Shown here: positions 53,022 to 62,086 of the stretch, piece by piece
How the letters are laid out: every line of letters starts with the position of its first letter
Numbering within the stretch: the first letter of the stretch is position 1
Source of the DNA: an uncultured Flavobacterium sp.
Lineage (GTDB): Bacteria > Bacteroidota > Bacteroidia > Flavobacteriales > Flavobacteriaceae
DNA length: 64,000 nt
Assembly: GCA_963512955.1 (NCBI GenBank)
Contig: CAUPOP010000010.1
Span: forward strand, 14,157-78,156
Direction of reading: 5' to 3'
Made by a program: the position numbers and the translations under genes
Notes under the pieces: model-generated
What the model saw: the letters and a program-made list of their open reading frames with translations, nothing else
The model's database searches: none
What the model was told of the DNA's origin: nothing

Positions 53022-55877
53022 TTGGTTTCGTTTTTAAATTTAAAATTTTTGAAATCAATATCTAAAATAGCGCTCTTTTTTATTGTCTTATTAGTATCTG
53101 CACAACTGTTTGCTCAGCATCATTCTCAACTAACTGTTGAAGCAAATCCAGTCACTAAAGTACTTAATGTTCAACAAGAAATCACGTTTTTCAACACAAC
53201 AAACGATACCATATCGTCAATTGTTTTGAATGATTGGAACAATGCGTATTCAGATAAAAACACGCCTTTAGGAAGACGATTTTCAGATGAATTTTATAGA
53301 GGTTTTCACCTTGCTAAGGAAGAAGAACGTGGCGGAACAAAAAATTTAACCATCATAACTTCTGACAAATCATTTCTTTCTTGGGAAAGAACGAAAAAAA
53401 ATCCAGATTATATTGAGGTTCAATTGAGAGAAAAATTGGCTCCTAAACAGAAAATCACTTTATATCTTACTTATTTTTCGAAAATTCCAAGTGATAAATT
53501 TACTAAGTATGGGTTTTCATATACTGGGAGTATGAACCTCAAAAACTGGTTTCTAATGCCTGCCCGCTATGAAAATCATAGCTTCATTAAATACAGTAAC
53601 AACAATTTAGACGATATTGCTAATGCCACTTGTGATTTTGATTTGGACATAAAAATTCCAAAAAACTTCAAGTTGGTCACAGATTTGAATGACGAAACTC
53701 AAACTGATAATAAGTCGTTTTCAATTTATAAATTAACGGGCAAAAACAGATCAGATTTCAGTCTTTTTATAGAACCAAAATCAAGTTTTTACAGCTATAA
53801 AAACGATTCTTTAGAAGTTCTCTCAGACATCAAAAACAATAAATTATCAGATCCACAAAAAGCAATTGTAGTAAGTCGAATTGTTGATTTTGCAAACAGT
53901 TTGATTGGAAAATATCCTCACGAAAAAATCATCGTTTCAGAAGCTGATTATGAGCGAAATCCTTTTTATGGTTTAAATCAATTGCCTTCTTTTATTAGTC
54001 CATTTTCTGATGAATTCATGTTTGAAGTTAAGTTCTTAAAAACGTACTTGAACGCTTATCTGAAAAATAGTCTTCGCTTAGATCCGAGAAAAGACAACTG
54101 GATTTATGATGGAATTCAAGTGTATACCATGATGAAATATATTGAGGAAAACCATCCTCAAAGCAAAATGCTTGGTAGTGCATCTGGTATTGGTATATTA
54201 AAAACATACAATCTAACTAATCTAGATTTTAATGAGCAATACAGCTATTTTTATATGCTTATGGCTCGAAAAAATTTAGACCAACCCCTAGGAAGTCCTA
54301 AAACGGCATTAATCAAATTTAACGAACAAATTGCTAGTAAATACCGCGCTGGTTTGAGCTTTCGTTTTTTAGATAATTATTTGCAACAAAACGCCGTAAC
54401 CAATAGCATCCGTCAATTTTATTCGGAAAATTTAAACCAACAAGTTTCAAGAGCCGATTTTGAAATGGCATTAAAATCAAATACCAATAAGAATATTGAC
54501 TGGTTCTTTAAAACCATAATTGATTCTAGAGAAATCATTGATTATAAGTTTTCGAAGGTTTCAAAAACAAAAGACAGTGTCACTTTTTCAATAAAAAACA
54601 GAACCGAAATCCCCGTTCCTATTCCAATTTATGGAATAAAAAAAGGCACTGTGGTTTTCAAGGAATGGCTAGACATCAAAGAATGTGACAGTACTTTCAC
54701 ATTAGCTCGAAAAAACGCTGATAAAATAATCTTAAATTATAAAAATGAAGTTCCAGAATATAATTTAAGGAATAACTGGAAAAAATTAGAGGGCTTTTTC
54801 CCTAATAATCGACCAATAAAATTTGCTTTTCTAAAAGATTTAGAAGATCCTTATTACAATCAGATTTTATATGTCCCATCACTAACCTATAATTATTATG
54901 ATGGTATTTCTCCTGGATTAAGGCTTCATAATAAAACTATTTTGGAGAAACCTTTTATATTTGATGTCAATCCTGCTTACTCCACTAAATCAAATAACTT
55001 ATCTGGTTCTGCCCTATTTGTTGTCAATGAAAATTACAGAAACAGTAATTTATTCAGCGTAAGATATTCATTATCGGGATCTTATTTTCATTATGCGCCA
55101 GATGCTGCTTATTTGAGAATAAACCCAATGGCGCAATTACGAATTAGAGAAGAAAATTTCAGAGATAATAGAAAACAATTGATTCTCTTACGACAAGTTA
55201 TGGTTAACAGAGAGAAAAGCAACATCGTTTTTGATAATTCAACTGAGAATTATTCTGTATTTAACATCAAGTATATTAACACTCGAACAGAAATTATCAA
55301 TCATTTCAATTTTATATCAGATGTCCAAATTTCAGGTAAATTCGGAAAATTAGCTACTGAAATGGAGTATAGAAAATTATTTGAAAACAATCGCCAAATT
55401 AATTTACGTTTCTACGCGGGAAGTTTCTTGTACAACAATACTAACTCTAATTATTTCAGTTTTGCATTGGACAGACCCACAGATTATCTTTTTGATTACA
55501 ACTATTATGGTCGCTCTGAAAGCACTGGTTTCTTTAGCCAACAATTTATTCAAGCCGAAGGTGGTTTTAAATCTAAGTTAAATACACCCTATGCAAATCA
55601 ATGGATTACAACATTGAACGGTAGTTTTAATATCTGGAATTGGATCGAAGTATATGGTGATATTGGTTTATTGAAAAATAAATATCAAAATGAAAAGTTT
55701 GTTTACGATAGCGGAATTCGATTAAATCTAGTTACAGACTATTTTGAAATGTATTTACCTGTTTATTCCAATAACGGATGGGAAATAGCCCAAAAGAATT
55801 ACAATGAAAAAATACGCTTTGTAGTTACATTTTCGCCAAAAACATTAATCAATCTTTTTAATAGAAAATGGCTTTAA
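53022..55877 (+). CDS. large secreted hypothetical protein; start codon uncertain (non-ATG)
   Basis: 951-aa ORF with signal-peptide-like KSISKIALFFIVLLVSAQLFAQ. No ATG in the first 10 codons (TTG at 53022 or 53049). No HEXXH seen. Confidence 0.55.
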   Translation: MVSFLNLKFLKSISKIALFFIVLLVSAQLFAQHHSQLTVEANPVTKVLNVQQEITFFNTTNDTISSIVLNDWNNAYSDKNTPLGRRFSDEFYRGFHLAKEEERGGTKNLTIITSDKSFLSWERTKKNPDYIEVQLREKLAPKQKITLYLTYFSKIPSDKFTKYGFSYTGSMNLKNWFLMPARYENHSFIKYSNNNLDDIANATCDFDLDIKIPKNFKLVTDLNDETQTDNKSFSIYKLTGKNRSDFSLFIEPKSSFYSYKNDSLEVLSDIKNNKLSDPQKAIVVSRIVDFANSLIGKYPHEKIIVSEADYERNPFYGLNQLPSFISPFSDEFMFEVKFLKTYLNAYLKNSLRLDPRKDNWIYDGIQVYTMMKYIEENHPQSKMLGSASGIGILKTYNLTNLDFNEQYSYFYMLMARKNLDQPLGSPKTALIKFNEQIASKYRAGLSFRFLDNYLQQNAVTNSIRQFYSENLNQQVSRADFEMALKSNTNKNIDWFFKTIIDSREIIDYKFSKVSKTKDSVTFSIKNRTEIPVPIPIYGIKKGTVVFKEWLDIKECDSTFTLARKNADKIILNYKNEVPEYNLRNNWKKLEGFFPNNRPIKFAFLKDLEDPYYNQILYVPSLTYNYYDGISPGLRLHNKTILEKPFIFDVNPAYSTKSNNLSGSALFVVNENYRNSNLFSVRYSLSGSYFHYAPDAAYLRINPMAQLRIREENFRDNRKQLILLRQVMVNREKSNIVFDNSTENYSVFNIKYINTRTEIINHFNFISDVQISGKFGKLATEMEYRKLFENNRQINLRFYAGSFLYNNTNSNYFSFALDRPTDYLFDYNYYGRSESTGFFSQQFIQAEGGFKSKLNTPYANQWITTLNGSFNIWNWIEVYGDIGLLKNKYQNEKFVYDSGIRLNLVTDYFEMYLPVYSNNGWEIAQKNYNEKIRFVVTFSPKTLINLFNRKWL

Positions 55878-56064
55878 TATAGTATCAAAAATCATTATGT
55901 ATTACATTATTATTACCAAAATCATTCTTTTGATAAATTTAATTAAAAAAATAAGTAGTTTACAGCAAATTGATTGTAAATAATAAAATTGTATTTTGTT
56001 TAATGAATTATGAAAATAGCCAGTTTTTAAGTAAATTTGCCGAACTAAGTGATCCTTTTCAATT

Positions 56065-58473
56065 ATGATAAAAGAAAAAACCAATTCTACGTTGACATTT
56101 GAAGATTTCAAAACCGAAGTATTGAATGACTACAAAATTGCAATAACAAGCAGAGAATGTAGCCTATTAGGTCGAAAGGAAGTATTAACAGGAAAGGCGA
56201 AATTTGGAATTTTTGGCGATGGTAAAGAAGTTCCACAGCTTGCTATGGCAAAGTCATTTAAGAATGGTGATTTCCGTTCTGGCTATTATCGCGATCAAAC
56301 ATTTATGATGGCTATTGGCGAATTAACTATTGAACAGTTTTTTGCAGGATTATATGGTCATACAGATATAGAGAAAGAACCTATGTCAGCAGGAAGACAA
56401 ATGGGAGGTCATTTTGTAACCCATAGTTTAAATGAGGATGGAACTTGGAAGGACTTAACAAAACAAAAAAATTCAAGTGCAGATATTTCTCCTACAGCGG
56501 CACAAATGCCAAGATTATTAGGATTAGCACAAGCATCAAAAATATACAGACAAGTTTCAGGAATAACAAATGCTTCTAATTTTTCAATAGAGGGAAATGA
56601 GATTGCATGGGGAACAATTGGAAACGCAAGTACCTCCGAAGGGGTCTTCTTTGAAACTATTAATGCTGCAGGAGTCTTGCAAGTACCATTGGTAATGAGT
56701 GTTTGGGATGATGAATATGGAATTTCAGTTCATGCTAAACACCAAACCACAAAAGAAAGTATTTCGGAGATTCTAAAAGGATATCAAAGGGAAGAAAACA
56801 CTAATGGCTTCGAAATTCTAACCGTAAAAGGATGGGATTATGTAGATTTAATAGCAACTTACGAAAAAGCCGCTACTATAGCACGAGAAAACCATGTGCC
56901 AGTTTTAATTCATGTAAACCAATTGACACAGCCGCAAGGACATTCAAGTTCTGGTTCTCATGAAAGATATAAAAACGGAGAGCGATTAGCTTGGGAAAAA
57001 GATTTTGATTGCATTCGCCAAATGAAATTATGGATGATTGCGATTAATATTGCTTCGCCAGAAGAACTTGATGAAATAGATTCAGCAGCCAAAAAAGAAG
57101 TCTTAGAAGGCAAAAAAGCAGCTTGGAAGTCCTTCATTGATCCTATCGTTGAAGAACAAAAAGAGCTTGTCTCTTTGTTAGAAACAATTGCTATTACTAG
57201 TAAAAATAAAGAGCTGATTTTAAAGCTTACTGCTAATTTAAACAACATAAAAGATCCTTTAAAAAAAGAAATTCTTGTTACTGCTCGTAAAGTTTTAAGA
57301 TTGCTAATTAATGAAAATGGAAAAACAGAATTAGCCAACTGGATAAAAAATTACACAGTAAAAACACAGCAAAAATTCAGCAGTAATTTATTTTCTGAAT
57401 CTGAATCGAATGTGTTTTCTGTAAAAAAGGTGTTGCCTAAATATGCAGAAAACGCTAAAGAAGACACTGATGGACGTATGATTATACGCGATAACTTTGA
57501 TGCTCTTTTTACTAAATATCCTGAAACATTAGTATTTGGTGAAGATGCAGGAAACATTGGTGATGTAAATCAAGGTTTAGAAGGTATGCAAGAAAAATAT
57601 GGTGCTCTTCGCGTAGCTGATGCAGGAATTCGTGAAGCAACAATTTTGGGACAAGGAATAGGAATGGCATTACGAGGTCTTCGCCCAATTGCTGAAATTC
57701 AATATTTAGACTATTTATTATACGCAATACAAATCATGAGTGATGATTTGGCTACCTTACAATATAGAACAGTTGGAAAACAAAAAGCACCACTAATTAT
57801 TCGTACCAGAGGGCATCGTTTAGAAGGTATTTGGCATTCTGGCTCCCCTATGGGAATGATTATTAACGCTATAAGAGGTATACATGTTTTAGTTCCTAGA
57901 AACATGACACAAGCGGCAGGATTTTACAATGCCCTTTTAGAATGTGATGAACCTGCTCTAGTTATAGAATGTTTAAATGGATACCGATTAAAAGAAAAAA
58001 TGCCACTTAATTTTGGAGAATTTAAAACCCCAATCGGTGTTGTTGAAACGCTAAAAGAAGGAGCTGATATCACATTAGTTTCCTACGGTTCTACTTTGAG
58101 ATTAGTACAACAAGCAGCAAAAGAACTTCAAGAAATAGGAATTGATTGTGAAATCATTGATATACAATCGCTACTTCCATTTGATATCAATCATGATATT
58201 GTAAAAAGTATTGCTAAAACAAATCGATTATTAGTAATTGATGAAGATGTTCCTGGTGGAGCTTCTGCATATATTTTACAACAAATTATCGAACAACAAA
58301 ATGGATATGAGCATTTAGATAGTAAACCGCAAACATTAACTTCAAAAGCGCACAGACCTGCTTATGGAACTGATGGCGATTATTTTTCAAAACCATCAAC
58401 TGAAGATATATTTGAAAAAGTCTATGCGATGATGAACGAAGTTAACCCTTCAAAATTTCCAGATTTATATTAA
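56065..58473 (+). CDS. 2-oxoacid dehydrogenase E1 component, fused alpha/beta (TPP-dependent)
   Basis: 802 aa. The N-terminal half is E1-alpha-like (GDGKEVPQLAMA..., GTIGNASTSEG). The C-terminal half is transketolase-pyrimidine/C-terminal-like (VFGEDAG...VADAGIREATILG). TAAATTTG -7 box at 56032-56039. Confidence 0.75.
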   Translation: MIKEKTNSTLTFEDFKTEVLNDYKIAITSRECSLLGRKEVLTGKAKFGIFGDGKEVPQLAMAKSFKNGDFRSGYYRDQTFMMAIGELTIEQFFAGLYGHTDIEKEPMSAGRQMGGHFVTHSLNEDGTWKDLTKQKNSSADISPTAAQMPRLLGLAQASKIYRQVSGITNASNFSIEGNEIAWGTIGNASTSEGVFFETINAAGVLQVPLVMSVWDDEYGISVHAKHQTTKESISEILKGYQREENTNGFEILTVKGWDYVDLIATYEKAATIARENHVPVLIHVNQLTQPQGHSSSGSHERYKNGERLAWEKDFDCIRQMKLWMIAINIASPEELDEIDSAAKKEVLEGKKAAWKSFIDPIVEEQKELVSLLETIAITSKNKELILKLTANLNNIKDPLKKEILVTARKVLRLLINENGKTELANWIKNYTVKTQQKFSSNLFSESESNVFSVKKVLPKYAENAKEDTDGRMIIRDNFDALFTKYPETLVFGEDAGNIGDVNQGLEGMQEKYGALRVADAGIREATILGQGIGMALRGLRPIAEIQYLDYLLYAIQIMSDDLATLQYRTVGKQKAPLIIRTRGHRLEGIWHSGSPMGMIINAIRGIHVLVPRNMTQAAGFYNALLECDEPALVIECLNGYRLKEKMPLNFGEFKTPIGVVETLKEGADITLVSYGSTLRLVQQAAKELQEIGIDCEIIDIQSLLPFDINHDIVKSIAKTNRLLVIDEDVPGGASAYILQQIIEQQNGYEHLDSKPQTLTSKAHRPAYGTDGDYFSKPSTEDIFEKVYAMMNEVNPSKFPDLY

Positions 58474-58492
58474 AAAATAATTTTTATACGTA

Positions 58493-58527
58493 AAAAAGGA
58501 TGCTCTTATAAGCATCCTTTTTTTATT
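58493..58527 (+). terminator. rho-independent terminator
   Basis: AAAAGGATGCT-cttata-AGCATCCTTTT followed by a T-run. Confidence 0.8.
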
Positions 58528-58613
58528 GATTACAGACTGTAAAACAGAATACCCGCAATAAACCTTAATTGTCAGTGAATTTATTATAAATTTAGCACTA
58601 TAAATAAGCACTT

Positions 58614-59291
58614 ATGGAAACTTTAGAAAACCTCTTGAAAGACATTCAAAATGTAAAAGTAATAGATAATTCTATATCGTATACTGAATATATGCCTTTA
58701 GATTTATCTGTTTCCAATATTGAATTATCAAAATTAGCCATTGATGATGCAACTATCTTTGAGGAATTTATAGAAGAGAAATTGCTTAAAAACAATGCAA
58801 AGGTTGCTTTTGGTGGTTATAATGAAGAGCGAAATCTATATAAAAGAAGTACGGTTTTTAATGATAATCAAACCGAAGAACGAAACATCCACATTGGTTT
58901 AGATCTATGGATTAAGGCGGGTACACCAGTATTAGCCGCTTTAGATGGAACAGTTCATAGTTTTAATTACAATAATAATTTAGGAGATTATGGGCCAACA
59001 ATTCTATTGAAACACAGCATCAAAGACCAAACTTTTTATACTTTATACGGGCATTTATCGTTAGAAAGTATTGCAACTATTAAAGTGGGTGATTTTTTTA
59101 CAAAAGGGCAACAATTAGCAACTCTAGGAGATGCTAATGTAAATGGTAATTATGCCCCACATTTACATTTTCAGATTATAAAAAATATAGCAACAAATAT
59201 TGGCGATTATCCTGGTGTTTGTAGCAAAAAAGACCATAATTATTATTTAGAAAACTGCCCCGATCCAAATCTATTACTAAAAATAAAATAA
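58614..59291 (+). CDS. M23-family metallopeptidase-like protein
   Basis: HIGLDLW, LYGHLS and PHLHFQI motifs (HxxxD ... HxH). Confidence 0.7.
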   Translation: METLENLLKDIQNVKVIDNSISYTEYMPLDLSVSNIELSKLAIDDATIFEEFIEEKLLKNNAKVAFGGYNEERNLYKRSTVFNDNQTEERNIHIGLDLWIKAGTPVLAALDGTVHSFNYNNNLGDYGPTILLKHSIKDQTFYTLYGHLSLESIATIKVGDFFTKGQQLATLGDANVNGNYAPHLHFQIIKNIATNIGDYPGVCSKKDHNYYLENCPDPNLLLKIK

Positions 59292-59296
59292 GTATT

Positions 59297-59782
59297 ATGA
59301 AAAAACTAAGCCCCCTTTTAATACTGCTCATTCTCTTTAGTTGCAAATCCAAAACTGCAGTTTCAATTCCAGATGATGTTAGTCCAGAGAAGGTTGAAAT
59401 CATAAAATTACCCATATCCGAAGTTAGCGAGGCCAAAAAGGCAAAAGCCTATGAGTTAGGAAAAAGAGTCTTGATGACTTGTAACACATCGAAATTTAAG
59501 CCTTTTAACGAAAGTGAAGCAACTCCTTCGGTAATTAAAAATACAACTTTAGAACGATTAACAAAAACCTGCACGAAATTCAGACAGTTTTACGGTACTT
59601 TTAAAGATCTAAATTTAATTGAAATTTATAAAGACCCAGCTACAGCAACGACTATTTTTAGATTTAAGGCTTTATATACTAAAAAAATAGCCAACAAAGA
59701 ATTACGCGTTTTTATGAATGAAGAAGAAAAAGTATCAGCCATAAAATCTATGGATTGGATGGATTCATTAAGTAAAATGTAA
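59297..59782 (+). CDS. hypothetical lipoprotein
   Basis: Lipobox LILFSC after a signal peptide; no other motif. Confidence 0.5.
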   Translation: MKKLSPLLILLILFSCKSKTAVSIPDDVSPEKVEIIKLPISEVSEAKKAKAYELGKRVLMTCNTSKFKPFNESEATPSVIKNTTLERLTKTCTKFRQFYGTFKDLNLIEIYKDPATATTIFRFKALYTKKIANKELRVFMNEEEKVSAIKSMDWMDSLSKM

Positions 59783-59845
59783 GCATCAACTTTCGATTGA
59801 ATTTTAAAATTAGTATTCCTGAAAAATCTATTTATATCTAACAAA

Positions 59846-60316
59846 ATGACTGAAAACGAAAAAATTCTTATAAAATTCTATACCGCATTTAAAAATTCTG
59901 ATGCCAAAACGATGCGTTCTTGTTACCATCCAAAAATCAATTTCTATGATCCCGCTTTTGGTACTCTTAAAGGAAATTCTGTTTCTCAAATGTGGGAAAT
60001 GCTACTGAAAAACAGTAATGGAAATTTGAAAATTGAATTCTCAGATATAAAAGCAGATGAATTTCAAGGCTCAATAAAATGGATTGCAAATTACAATTTC
60101 AGTAAAACCAATAGACCTGTAACAAATATTATCCATTCTAAATTTAATTTTAAAGACGGTTTAATTATAAAACAAGTCGATGATTTTGATATCTGGAAAT
60201 GGTCCAAACAAGCATTCGGAATGACCGGTTATTTGTTAGGTTGGACCGGTTATTTTCAGAAAAAAATACGAGAAAAAGCTCTTTTGTTATTAAAAAAATA
60301 TCAATCAACAATGTAA
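59846..60316 (+). CDS. NTF2/SnoaL-like family protein
   Basis: ILIKFYTAFKNSDAKTMRSCYHPKINFYDPAFG resembles a typical SnoaL-like N-terminus. Confidence 0.55.
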   Translation: MTENEKILIKFYTAFKNSDAKTMRSCYHPKINFYDPAFGTLKGNSVSQMWEMLLKNSNGNLKIEFSDIKADEFQGSIKWIANYNFSKTNRPVTNIIHSKFNFKDGLIIKQVDDFDIWKWSKQAFGMTGYLLGWTGYFQKKIREKALLLLKKYQSTM

Positions 60317-60420
60317 CTTAGGGAAGTTTAGTATTGTTATACTTATTGCAATAGCTATGAAGCGTAAAATTAAAGTTTGATTAAAATCTAAAAAACACTT
60401 TTGGCAAATAGTAAAAAACA

Positions 60421-60455
60421 AAAACTCCAAACCGTGTTAATAGGTTTGGAGTTTT
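60421..60455. terminator. bidirectional terminator between convergent genes
   Basis: AAAACTCCAAACC-9 nt-GGTTTGGAGTTTT with flanking A-run and T-run. Confidence 0.8.
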
Positions 60456-60506
60456 TTTCAATATAATAAAAATTAAAAACAAGATTTTTGAAAACGTATA
60501 GCTCGA

Positions 60507-60911
60507 CTATTTTTTTGATCCTAAAACTCTAATATAATTCACCAATTTCCAGCGTTGGTCTTCGGTTAATAATTCTTCATAAGTTGCCATTGGTGATTTT
60601 CCATTGGTGATTTTCCAAAAAATAGCTCCATCAGTTTCATTTACAACTTTTAAAGCTAAGAAATTTGCAGGTTTAGTTTCTAATGTTAAACCAGCTTCCC
60701 CATTCCCTTTTCCTTCTTCCCCATGACATAGAACACACATTTGGTTGAATATTTTCTTACCATCAGCAGTTGCTTTTTCATTGCCTAAAAAAGGATTTTT
60801 TAAACTATTAGAATGCTCTGGCGCTACCCACAAATTAGATTGAGCACTGCTTGAATTACTTACAAGGACTAGCAATGTAACTATAACTAAAAACAAACAT
60901 TTATTTTTCAT
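60507..60911 (-). CDS. c-type cytochrome (class I)
   Basis: Signal peptide, haem site CVLCHG, distal Met region GKSPMATYEE. Confidence 0.8.
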   Translation of the reverse strand: MKNKCLFLVIVTLLVLVSNSSSAQSNLWVAPEHSNSLKNPFLGNEKATADGKKIFNQMCVLCHGEEGKGNGEAGLTLETKPANFLALKVVNETDGAIFWKITNGKSPMATYEELLTEDQRWKLVNYIRVLGSKK

Positions 60912-60968
60912 AGCTTTAAAGATTTAGGTTTGTCTGTCAAAGTTATTTTATTAGCTGATTATAAATAA

Positions 60969-60993
60969 TGATAATTATCAGCATTTGGCTAAA
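60969..60993. promoter_or_regulatory. second copy of the TGATAATTATCA + TTTGGC(T)AAA composite
   Basis: Perfect palindrome at 60969-60980, about 60 nt upstream of the minus-strand cytochrome c start. Compare 261-283. Confidence 0.35.
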
Positions 60994-61079
60994 AAAATTA
61001 TATTATTTTTAAGACATTGTCCATTTTTGCGAAAAATATGTTTTTTAGATTAGTATTGAATAATACATTCTGCTTTAAA

Positions 61080-62075
61080 TCAATAGTAATTGGGACAGCC
61101 AAGACATTTCACTTTCAAATCAAATTGATAAATCACCGAAAGCTCATATATGCCACCTGTCCTTCCAATTTTAGAGGTATTGAAGTCATAGGAATATCCG
61201 AATTTAAAATGCTCATATTGTAATCCTCCGTAAGCATTTATAGAGGTCAAAAAGTGACTATTAACACTCTTTTTTCCGGGATTTGTAGCAGCCGTCAAAC
61301 CGAAAAATATTTTTTTAAAAACAAGTCCTGCCCCTAAATCAAATCGACTATATTCTCCTTGGTGCATATAGTTTGAAGTTAACAACATTTTCGTTTCATA
61401 TGGCAAATAAGTGATGTCAATATAATCCGTTAAAAGAAATTCATAACCTGCGTTAGCTGAAAAAAACATTTCCAAAGGAACATTCCCATTTGCTGCGAAA
61501 GATATATTTGGTTTGTTTATATGCTTCATAGCCGCACCAAACCAAGCATTTTCATTATTAAAAAGCATCCCAATAGAAATATCAAAGAAATTTACTTTGT
61601 CATTTAATAAAAGGGGATCAACACTGGAAGTATTTATTGTGCCTTGTCCTATATTGATTTGGTCCTCTAAAATAATATTTTGAAAACCAAATGATTTGTT
61701 ACCAAAACCAATTTCAATAGCTGGTCTGAAAAACCAATCCTCATTCAATTGAACCCGATATGCATAATTAAAATTAGCCTGAGAAAAATTATAGTCTGTA
61801 AATTTCTCTCTATGATTTAAAACACTAACTCCTATTCCGCTATTGGCATTTTCTAGCCAAGTATTTATAAATCCAAAATCACTATCAACTCTAAAATCTA
61901 AATCTGGCCATTGTGTTCTGTGTAATATTCCTGCGTTAGTAGTTTCTAGAAAACCAGTAAATCCGGGATTCAAAGTTTCAGGAACCATAAAATATTGAGT
62001 AAAAATAGGATCTTGTGCCTTTACCGAAAAAGAAAGGTTAAACAAAATTATAAATACTATTACTTTTATTTTCAT
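61080..62075 (-). CDS. type IX secretion system membrane protein, PorP/SprF family
   Basis: AQDPIFTQYFMVPETLNPGFTG N-terminus and beta-barrel-like alternation; immediately downstream of a T9SS cargo gene. Confidence 0.85.
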   Translation of the reverse strand: MKIKVIVFIILFNLSFSVKAQDPIFTQYFMVPETLNPGFTGFLETTNAGILHRTQWPDLDFRVDSDFGFINTWLENANSGIGVSVLNHREKFTDYNFSQANFNYAYRVQLNEDWFFRPAIEIGFGNKSFGFQNIILEDQINIGQGTINTSSVDPLLLNDKVNFFDISIGMLFNNENAWFGAAMKHINKPNISFAANGNVPLEMFFSANAGYEFLLTDYIDITYLPYETKMLLTSNYMHQGEYSRFDLGAGLVFKKIFFGLTAATNPGKKSVNSHFLTSINAYGGLQYEHFKFGYSYDFNTSKIGRTGGIYELSVIYQFDLKVKCLGCPNYY

Positions 62076-62086
62076 TTTGATTTTCC

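Noticed and set aside
55902-56111. 69-aa minus-strand ORF in the spacer before the E1 gene. Similar cases are 36596-36790, 27580-27798, 59176-59436, 59626-59844 and 61017-61223.
   Set aside because: These are AT-rich intergenic or gene-overlapping frames encoding Ile/Phe/Lys/Asn-rich low-complexity peptides. They overlap promoters, terminators or real gene ends.
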